Positions 10,801-19,100 of a stretch of DNA of 64,000 nucleotides are shown here, one piece after another; within the stretch, counting starts at the first letter, position 1; every line of letters starts with the position of its first letter. The stretch covers positions 1 through 64,000 of the IMG/VR virus record IMGVR_UViG_3300049845_000291. The stretch is one strand, 5' to 3'. Source of the stretch: a virus. A program made the translations under genes and the position numbers. The notes under the pieces are model-generated. The model was not told the origin of the DNA and did not search any database. It saw only the letters and a program-made list of their open reading frames with translations.

Positions 10801-11434
10801 ATCAGACCCTGAAGCCAAGGGCCTGGACTTCATGTGGCAGCACTTTGCGCCTTACACCAACATCATCGATCCTTCGGTGACGAACATCCATGATGCGTAC
10901 GTGATCACACAAGGGTACTATGATTCGGTGGTCGCGTACCTACGCGGGCTGTCCAGCACCGCACCGACCCCGCCAACGCCGCTCGACCTGCGGAACTCTT
11001 ACTCGTACCTGCTCAAGAACAAGATGCTCAGCGACACTGTGGTGCTGCATCCAGGTCGCATGCGCTTGCTCTTCGGTTCACTGGCTGAACCTCAGCTTCG
11101 CGCAAAGTTCAAGGTTGTGCGTGCTCCTCAAGGCACCCTAACCAATGAGCGCGTCAAGGAAGAGCTGTTGAACGTGATCAACACGTACTTCGACATCCGG
11201 AACTGGGACTTCGGTGAGACGTTCTACGCCACCGAGCTGATCGCCTTGATGCACCAACGCCTGCCAACTGAGATTGCCTCGGTGGTCCTGGTACCGCTGT
11301 ACAGCGCGAACTCGTTCGGTGATCTGTTCACGGTCGAAAGCGGTTTCGATGAGATCCTGCAATCAGCCGCGCAGCTCAGCGACATTGAGGTCGTCGAGGC
11401 GCTTACTCCAACTACCATCCGACAGGTACGCTAA
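7832..11434 (+). CDS. Baseplate wedge subunit, gp6-like, enlarged
   Basis: N-terminal FDFDTIKASLVDYLR...ENFITTAQRKQSILRLAKLISY; FGDG and QNRMVNGQDY motifs; late promoter at 7801. Confidence 0.85.
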   Translation: MAFRNTNSAESWDKIYEAFTQVNFTSFDFDTIKASLVDYLRIYYSEIFNDLIQSSELIALLEMFAYVAEQLAYRVDMVSHENFITTAQRKQSILRLAKLISYKATRNIPVRGLVKITSISTTEQIIDSRGVDISGLVINWNDPNNPNWKEQFLLIMNRVLSTQFGQPQKSFQVGDVLMDLYSVNAAEGSFTNGVFPYTATTGLDSFPMEIVPADIDENGPFEREPDLSAAMSIVYSNDGIGDGSDYTGFLAYTKQGTLARIDYNISERLPNRRLEFLPDNVNHTDVWVQKLAGDGTISERWKQVETISEQNLIFNEDRSTRKKYEVDTLENDQIAVVFGDGDFAEAPVGLYRFWMRQSANQAIVIAKNKVVNAPLTFTYISSTGNTETCSMTFSLTTTLQNGAASETIEHVRQAAPATYYAQNRMVNGQDYNTYMLKDPSILRLKTVNRTFAGQPKYIDWNDASGSYENVKLFGDDLAMRYDLSLNSLSTSLSGQALIDRVIEPLLSDSGVVTAMVHVSATHPPTKDVVSSPRRTFIEDNRANLFNSTNGTAVSLISGSTPDGSLKEKTAMQALIDRHWYGEPIEFVEAPGNQVWARIPDPSLFPKDDSRIYAANVPRTIDGVNRFPPGDIGSGLQPIAEQDYFALRYNRTMAGIGNGSITFSLPSAYKRAGEVWTIEVAANGTTLYVRSNLRGTFPSGTVGEPYEITPPDQVSPAPFFTVTQGSTPFEPGDAFIIQTGVAPGLTLTQRTNASGSGWTYFNSAGVINLNGWWQILGTPELGAEYANGPVSTAPYYHDQAFAMNGPLKNSWLILVRKIKPAGVVIGYEVYYRDLKLTVESPTTKFWFNEVDQILDNETKKRVYDNIKILRSNNDYTGVQLKSTQLYDVVGPIKNELGEIDFNQLQVVPTDLLQEDESGNLEPDRLLQFVTFAGFDELDSFEYFRLDNPSAALTPGELSAAVAAFGTLNDDSAFAVQAGGIWYGRKQVAKNQSDPEAKGLDFMWQHFAPYTNIIDPSVTNIHDAYVITQGYYDSVVAYLRGLSSTAPTPPTPLDLRNSYSYLLKNKMLSDTVVLHPGRMRLLFGSLAEPQLRAKFKVVRAPQGTLTNERVKEELLNVINTYFDIRNWDFGETFYATELIALMHQRLPTEIASVVLVPLYSANSFGDLFTVESGFDEILQSAAQLSDIEVVEALTPTTIRQVR

Positions 11435-11676
11435 TGAAGCTTCAAGAAATTACCTTAAAGAACGATTTTCCAAAGAAGGACGTCACCATTGAGAACGTCT
11501 TGGACACGCTTCCAGCGTCCCCAGGTGACATTTTCTGGAAGCTTGGGCGTGTTGAGGACTATCAAGATCGAGCCAAAAGCGCGGCGTTGCGAGGCATGCT
11601 AGACAAGCTCGTTGCTGAAAAGAAGGTGCGCGCAAAGCACCGCACCGCAGACGATCCAGTGTACTATAAGGTCTGA
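11434..11676 (+). CDS. Small hypothetical protein, possibly winged-helix, with MKLQEI leader
   Basis: Translationally coupled ORF (TAATG); leader shared with neighbours. Confidence 0.55.
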   Translation: MKLQEITLKNDFPKKDVTIENVLDTLPASPGDIFWKLGRVEDYQDRAKSAALRGMLDKLVAEKKVRAKHRTADDPVYYKV

Positions 11677-11686
11677 AGCCCGAGCT

Positions 11687-12067
11687 ATGAAACTCAATGA
11701 ACTCAAGCTTGGGCACGTTGTTGGTGACGTCATCGGGGTGGCAAAAGCCGGCAAGAAGCTTGTTGGCAAAGAAGACCCAAAGGAACAGAGCAAGCTCAAG
11801 AAGTCAATTGCACTCGGCGAAGGCCTGGGCGATCTGCACGCGAAGTTCCAAGGTTGGCTCGACCAAAACAAGCTCCCAGGTGACGAGCTCCAGCGGCTGT
11901 TGAAGGACCTAGAGGTTGAGGCTAAGAGCCGCGGATCGCTTCACACCATGATCGATGACCTGATGAGCCCCCTGACCGTGAAGCAGCTCAAGACCCTGAT
12001 GAAGATCGGCCCCGCTGACCTGAAGCTGGCTGCCAAGGAAGAGTACGCGCACCGGAACCAATCATGA
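11687..12067 (+). CDS. Hypothetical protein with MKLNEL leader (putative internal head protein)
   Basis: ATG at 11687; phage-typical codon usage; coupled to the next gene. Confidence 0.6.
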   Translation: MKLNELKLGHVVGDVIGVAKAGKKLVGKEDPKEQSKLKKSIALGEGLGDLHAKFQGWLDQNKLPGDELQRLLKDLEVEAKSRGSLHTMIDDLMSPLTVKQLKTLMKIGPADLKLAAKEEYAHRNQS

Positions 12068-12969
12068 TCCTGCAAGAGATCTTCGACAGCACGTACGAGT
12101 ACGAGGTCAAGCTTGATCATCGTGGTATCTACCTGGTCGAGTTCCGAGATAAGGACGGGCGGTACATTGAGGTTGAGTTCTCAAAATCCAAAGATCAAGA
12201 CATCTGGCTGATTGAGTTCACCCGCGATGGTTCCGTTGTCGCGACTGGTGAAGGCGATGCGCCAAAAATCCTGAGCACCGTAGCGGCCATTACTCAAGAA
12301 TTCATCGACAAGAAAACACCTGCGTTCCTGGTATTCTCGGCTTCAAAGCACGACCGAGCTCGCGCTAGCGTGTACCGTCGCATGATCATGCGCAAGGTGC
12401 TGCCGTATTACGTTGAGCTCAAGTACCCGCAGTACCGTTTCAAAGTCCCCTTTGGAGAGACCTTCGACGAGCTCTGGCGCTTGTACCGTCGGTCTGGAGG
12501 TGAGGACACGACCTTCATGGTGATTGCTCACCAGGATGAGCTTAAGGAAGCGCTCATGACCGAGGTGTTTGATGCCAAGGTCGAGTACGAGGTCACACGC
12601 CAAACCGCCAAGCACTTCCAGACCAAGGCTGAGATCGGAGGTCGAACGATTGTGTTCACCGCGCTGCTCGATGATGGACCGAACGGTGCGTACTGGGACG
12701 TGGCGTTCGAGGAGTACGATGGTCATCTTGGGACCTTCAAGGCCACCGGCAAAGGCAAGGCCTTCGAGGTCCTGTCCATGGTCAAGGCCAGCCTGACCGA
12801 GCTCAGGGACAGGTACCAGCCCGAGATCGTGTACTTCACCGCCGACTCGACCAACGGCGCCGCGCGGGCCAACATCTACCGTCGGATGGTTGGCGACGTC
12901 TTCAACGGCTACGAGCTCGAGGAGACGAAGTCGGAAGGTGATCACGTCTTCATCTTCCGCCGTCCATAG
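12064..12969 (+). CDS. Hypothetical protein made of two tandem homologous domains (putative internal head polyprotein)
   Basis: Both halves follow the pattern E[IV]FD..EYEV...TG.G.A..[IV]LS.V...F[ST]A....RA..YRRM. Confidence 0.7.
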   Translation: MILQEIFDSTYEYEVKLDHRGIYLVEFRDKDGRYIEVEFSKSKDQDIWLIEFTRDGSVVATGEGDAPKILSTVAAITQEFIDKKTPAFLVFSASKHDRARASVYRRMIMRKVLPYYVELKYPQYRFKVPFGETFDELWRLYRRSGGEDTTFMVIAHQDELKEALMTEVFDAKVEYEVTRQTAKHFQTKAEIGGRTIVFTALLDDGPNGAYWDVAFEEYDGHLGTFKATGKGKAFEVLSMVKASLTELRDRYQPEIVYFTADSTNGAARANIYRRMVGDVFNGYELEETKSEGDHVFIFRRP

Positions 12970-13058
12970 ACCGGCGACACCAGGCGACACCCAGAGGCTT
13001 CAAAGCCTCTGGTCTGTTAGGTACTACAGTCACGCCTTCGAGGTGCCCGATCGTCGCC
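12970..13058. repeat. ~88-bp intergenic element, copy A (GGCGAC...TAGGTACT...GTCGCC)
   Basis: Collinear similarity to 39565-39652; internal hairpin CCAGAGGCT-tcaa-AGCCTCTGG. Confidence 0.7.
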
Positions 13059-13128
13059 TTCCGTTACATGGGGGCACTTTTTGGCACTCTGACAGGGTCC
13101 TAAATACCACGCACTCGCGTGAGATCCT

Positions 13129-16100
13129 ATGGCCAAAGACTACAACCTTCCTCGCCTTGACCTGATCAACCTGGTTCCTCAGGAACTCAGGAACGTTGCT
13201 TCTCGGTCCTTGCTCGACAACCTGTTCAACAGGTTCTTGACCAAAGACGAGGCGGTGCCGTTCTACGGGTTTGTTGGCCGTAAGCCGTCTGGCGTCGAGG
13301 ACAAGACGCCAAAGATCCCACAGCCAACCGTCGAGCGTGACATCAACGCCCTGGTGCCAGTGTACTCGTTCAAGCTCGGCGCCGAGACGTACTCATTCAC
13401 GCCGCACGACATCATCCGCAAGATGAGCGTTCTTGGTGGGTCCGACGATCAGGAGAACTGGTTGTACTCGCAGGGGAACAACTACGCCCCACCAATCGAT
13501 CTCGATCGGTTCACAAATTTCTTCAACTATTACTGGGTGGCTGGTGCTCTCGAGAATCCTCCGAGCATGCCTTGGAACCCGGAGCTGCGTCCAGAGTACT
13601 ACACCATCCAGCGACCGCCAATCGATGACATCGACAAGCTGAACGTTCGGGTGGCCAGCACCGCGAACATCATTCTCACCGGTTCTGGGTACTTTGACCA
13701 GACTTGGGAGGTCACGTTCACGTCGCCAACGACGTTCACGATCACCGCCACTGGCCCACTGACGGGCATCACCACCGCGGTTCAGGGCCCATTCACGCTC
13801 GGTGCCACCCCGTTGGCACCGCCGTACACCGCCATTGACCAGAACTTCACGTTCTACAACAACACCGCAATCCCTCTGGCCAGCCGCCTAACGCTGTTGA
13901 CCTTCACGATTCGCCGTGAAGCCGTGTACGACGGTGTCGGTGCGTTCGTGTCGTATGAGTCCTTTGCCGCCGGCGACAAGTTCACAATCACCGCGCCGTT
14001 CATCTCATCAGTCAGCAACGTGGTCTTCGTCGGCAGCTCGGGCGTCAAGGGCAAGATCCTGAACGTGAACTCACGCGACATCTACCAGACCGTTGACGGG
14101 GTGGTCCTCAAGAACGGTGATCGAGTGCTGGTCAAGAACAACACCGCTGCAGAGAACGGGATCTACACCGTTCGTCCGGGTGCATGGGAGCGCGCACCCG
14201 ACTCAGCGGTCGGCATTCAAGCCGTCGGTGACCGAGTCTTCGTCCTGCAGGGAACGGTGAACGCAAACCGCCTTTACAGCGCAACCGCGTCAGGAGCCGG
14301 TTTCACGTACAACCTCGTTGCCACGAACACGGTCTCGAACACCAACACCTGGCAAGAGCACAATTACTGGGTTCACCGTGACGAGCTCGGTTCGTACGAC
14401 ACGTCAAAGGTCTTCCAGGCCACTCGCCCGATCATCGAGTTCCAGGCTGGCCTGCGGCTGAACCAGTTCATCGGCACCGATGGGCGCCCATCAGACATCG
14501 GCACCTCGTACCAGCAGGTCAAGCACGAGTTCAACCAGCTGCCACTGTTCGATCTGTACCGGTACGATGGCACGCACGCAAGGGTGGCGTCTGGCCTATT
14601 CTACTACGTCGAGGATCCAACGGCTGACATTGATGTGCCGTTGCAGCGCCGTGTGGCGCGTGTGAACAACGTGTCACGTGATTTCTTGTTCGAACACGGC
14701 ATGCTAGAGCAGCCCAACACCTTGCTGTTCTACAAGGACCGTGCTGGTACCTTGAAAACCGTGTGGCACCCTGGGTACTCTGCAGCGCAGTATGTTGACC
14801 AGGAGTTTGAGGGCGACGGTGACGGCACACTGACCGTTAACCTGTCTGGCGGCACCCCGTTCACCGCACAGCAGATCTGGCAGCTCGTCGCTGACGAGGA
14901 TCCATCGCGATTCAAGGTCGTTGGCTCCAAGCTCAAGGTTTTGCCGGAAACCATGGAGTTCGTGTACGTTGGTGTGCCGTACTTCAACGGTCACTTCAAC
15001 GCCTTGATCACCGCTGGCAGCACGCCATTTTCCCCGGGCGACACCTTCACCTTCCGTGTTGGCAACCTCGAAACCACGCGGTACGTTTACCGAGACGCCA
15101 ACGATCAGATCTATGATCTGTACGGTGGTGCGCCTGCTGACGATGAAGGCATCGGCTCATGGCAGATCCCAAGGATGTTCTACAACAACATAGAAGCCAG
15201 CTCAGGGGAACCAATCTCGGAGGGCACACTGTACTCTCACTTCCGTGGGATCTTGGCGAACCAACTGAAGACCGGTGTTGAGGACAAGGCCTTTGGAGGC
15301 TCAATCAAGCTCTGGTCAGAGCAGGTGAACTTGCTCTCGTCGCTGATGATGCAGCGCGACAACACGCCACCGTCCATTGTTGACTTCGCGCAACGGCAGC
15401 ATGAGAGCGCGTTGAACTCCATCGTTGACCTGTTCGTCAAGAACGCGCGGGCGTACGTGACGTCAAACGGTGCGGTGGACACCAATGCTGAGCTGGATGC
15501 CTTCGTTGACATGCTGCTCTCCATGCATGCTCAGACGGAGCAAGCTCGAAAGGTGCTGTACGACAGCACCTCACCGATCCCTGGTTTCCCAGCGACCCTG
15601 CCGCTGCTTGGTGTTCTGCCTCTGTCGGTTCCAGGTGCGGTGTTTGAGAACGAGCTGAACACCGTGCTGTTCAGGCGGCATGATGGGAGCTTGGCACCGT
15701 TTTACACGAACACAGTGCAGTTCCTGGATCAACTTGGTCCTGTTGGCAGCACGTACCCGCAGGACATGGCGATGCTGCTCAACGACGTGCTGCTCACAAT
15801 TGAGCAACGGCTGTTCGACGGCATCTCCGAGCTGCACCGCACGTACTTCACCGAGGAAGAGGTCAAGAACGCCATCCAATCAAATCTTGGACCACAGCTT
15901 GAACGTGAGCTGGCATCATGGGCCATTGGCAATGGCTTTGATCCGACGGCGCCGGACTATGTTCCTTCTGACGCCCTGACGTGGAACTATCGCGACGCGA
16001 TCGTGTTCGCGCCTGTTGACACCACAGAGGTCCCAGCGCGTTGGTACAACGCGCTGCAAGCACACCAGCGCACGGTGCCCGGCGTGCTGCCAACATCGCG

Positions 16101-19100
16101 ACCTGATCTGGAGCCATGGCGCCTTGTTGGCTTCCCTGAAGATCCTGGTGCCAGCTGGGACGTGTACCGCGCGCCGGTGACGCCAGATGATCTGGCCGCG
16201 GGTGGCTTCATTGATGGCGGCACCGCAAGGCTCGTGATTGGCGGCCCCGGTTCATCGAACACTATTCGCTCTGGTCTCCCAGTGATTGATGGGCGAACGG
16301 CGGCGGCTGGTGACGTTGTCTTGTTGGCGAACGAGATGGCGCCGCAGTTCAACGGCCTGTGGGTCGTCAGCACCGGTCTTTGGGTTCGGTCGAGTGTGCC
16401 GCTGACCGCTGGCACAGTGGTGCAGATCACCGACGGTCAAGAGTACGAGGACTCATCATGGGTCTTCATGAACACGCCCGCTTCACCCGGTGTCAACCCG
16501 CTGCAGGTTGAGCTGGTCCGTCGCTGGACCGACCAGATGTGGGACGACATTCAAGCTGCTCGCCCGACGTTGAAGCTCAGCGTGAACACGCTCCGTGATC
16601 AGCTGTTGCCACCGTACGTGTCAAGCTTGTTGTCGTACAGCGTGCACGCGCTGACGAACACGATTCCATCTGGCGTTGATCAATCGTACTTCTTTGGTGA
16701 AGGTTCACCAGTTGAGACGGTCTGGTTGCGAACACTGGAGTACCGGTACTCGCTTGCACGTGCTCTGTTTAGGCAGGATCCACTGGCATTCCTCGGACAT
16801 CTCTGGGGCTTCGAATGGCTCGAGGTTGATCGCGTGCTGTACGACGCGTTCGAGGTCGCGGTGCCGGCAAAGGACTCGAAGCTGCACGGCGAGAGCATCA
16901 GCTCGGTTCAGCGAACCGCGCCCATCAGCTTGACCCTTGCCACGGGACCGGCCCCGTTCACGATCACCATCACCCGTGATGCATTCACCTCATCGCGTCA
17001 GCAGGCTTGGAGCATTCGAGCACAAGACGGCATGTTCATTGAGTACGCGCTCGAAGGGGTGACATACCCCACGATCAGCGCCGCAGGGTACACGTTGACG
17101 AACCTTAGGATTGAGGACGAGGGCAAGCCGTTCCGCGTTGGTGACAAGTTCACGATCAGCGCCAACGCTGATGGCTCAGGCTCTCTCGTGACCTTCGAAG
17201 GCGCCTCATATCGTCGGTACAACGGGTTCGCACAGCTGTTCGCGCAGTCCTTGCGCGAAGCCAGCATTGACACCACGCAAGGGTACGCGATCAAGGCCTT
17301 CCGTGAATGGGACGTCAACCTCGGCTACCGAGCTGCCGGTCTGGTCAGCACCGACGACCTGCAGGTCTTCTCTGATCGTGTCGAGATCCCTGAGAACTCG
17401 TACGAGCTGCGGTTCAAGCGCTCACCATACGCCGGTGACCTTTGGCTACAGGCCTTGCGCGTCACGCCAGTGGTCATTGGTGCCAGCCTGCCTGGCAGCA
17501 CTGGGGCACCAGCCGCAACAACTGATGCCTCAGACTGGGTGTTCCGAGTTGAGGGCTACAATGGTCGGTACCTCGGCATTGAGTACTACACCCTGAATAC
17601 GAGTGGTCCGTTCGTGACCTTCAACGCGCTGAACGGTGCGACGACAACACGCGAGTTCAAGCAGTACACCGAGACATCGGGCATCGTGAACGCGCAGCTG
17701 CCGTTGACCATCCGTGGTCTACAGAACGTCGTTGACTTCATGTTCGGGTACACCCGCCGGCTCGAAGATCTTGGCTGGAGCTTCGAGGACCAGCTGAATC
17801 CAAACATTGACGTGGTCACTGGCCGCGTTCGGAACTGGCAGCTTGAGATTGAGAAGCTGATTGACGTCGTGTACAAGGGCATCGAGCTCGGTCAAGGCCA
17901 CATCTTGAACCCATTCATCGATCGTGTCTGGGTTACGCAGCAGACTGGTCTGCTGTCGCCGTTCTATGACAGCGCGCTCTTTGACGTCTCGGCAGACCCT
18001 GGGGTCTTTGACACCTTGGGCGCGAAGATCTCCACCTCTGATCTGCTGGTCTTGCGGCAGCTGAATCGTTCGCAGATCAGCTCTGTGGTGCCAATGTTCT
18101 CAGTGCACGCCCAAGTTGACGAGTTTGAGCACCTGTTCGTGTTCAGCAAGTACATTGAGCCCAGCACCGAGAGCGGGCTGATCTACGACCCGTTCAGCGC
18201 TGCACGCATCACCTCATTGAAGTTCAACGGTCGACGTCAAGGCACGTACACCCTGCGTCCTGAGCTTGGTGGACATTACCTTGTGAATGGCAAGGTCCGC
18301 ATGAACATGCAGGCCAGCACCGACAAGGTCGCACAGTACTATGACGCGGATCACGTCTTCGAGGACAACCTGAGCACGAGGCACGCGCTGGCGCTGCTTG
18401 GGTTCTCGCCAAAGGAGTACATGGACTCGCTTGACCTGACAAACCGGTCGCAGTTCAACTTCTGGCGTGGCCTGATCCAGATGAAGGGCACGAACCTGTC
18501 AGTCGACGCGTTCTTGAACAACGACCGCTTTGAGGACGCTAAGATCGATGAGTTCTGGGCGTACAAGGTCGCCGAGTACGGTGACAACCGCATGCGCATG
18601 TTCCCTGAGCTCAAGCTCACCGTGGCTGACACCGTGCAGCAGTTCACGAAGCTGCAGTTCGACCAAACCAGCGGTGAATTGACGGACTTCACTCAGATCC
18701 AGGCCGATGATGAAGCCCGTTGGTTCAGCATCGAGGACTTGAATGGTGAAACGCGCTTCCAGGCGCAGCTCGTTGGCACGTATAACAAGAGCACCACGGC
18801 TGGTGAGATCATCACCCTGCCATTCATCGCTGACGTGCTTGAGATCACTGGAGCTACGCAGCTGAACGCGAACACGTTGGTCGCCACTGGTACCAACGTA
18901 TCAGTTCGTGGCTTCGGGCCGGCCACGCCAAAGTTCAACCCAATCAAGCTCCTGAACTACGTTGACAACCAGCTCGTTGAAGAGATTCCGATCTGGCACC
19001 CAGTCATTGGACAGCACACGCCAGTGGCACTGGAATCGATCAACATCATCAGCACCCGTGATCCAGCTCGGTACAACGTGTCGACACAGGTCGTCGGGAA

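Noticed and set aside
12970-13058. Integron attC site (GTTAGGT matches GTTRRRY)
   Set aside because: No complementary RYYYAAC end, copy B lacks the GTT, and there is no integrase in the window
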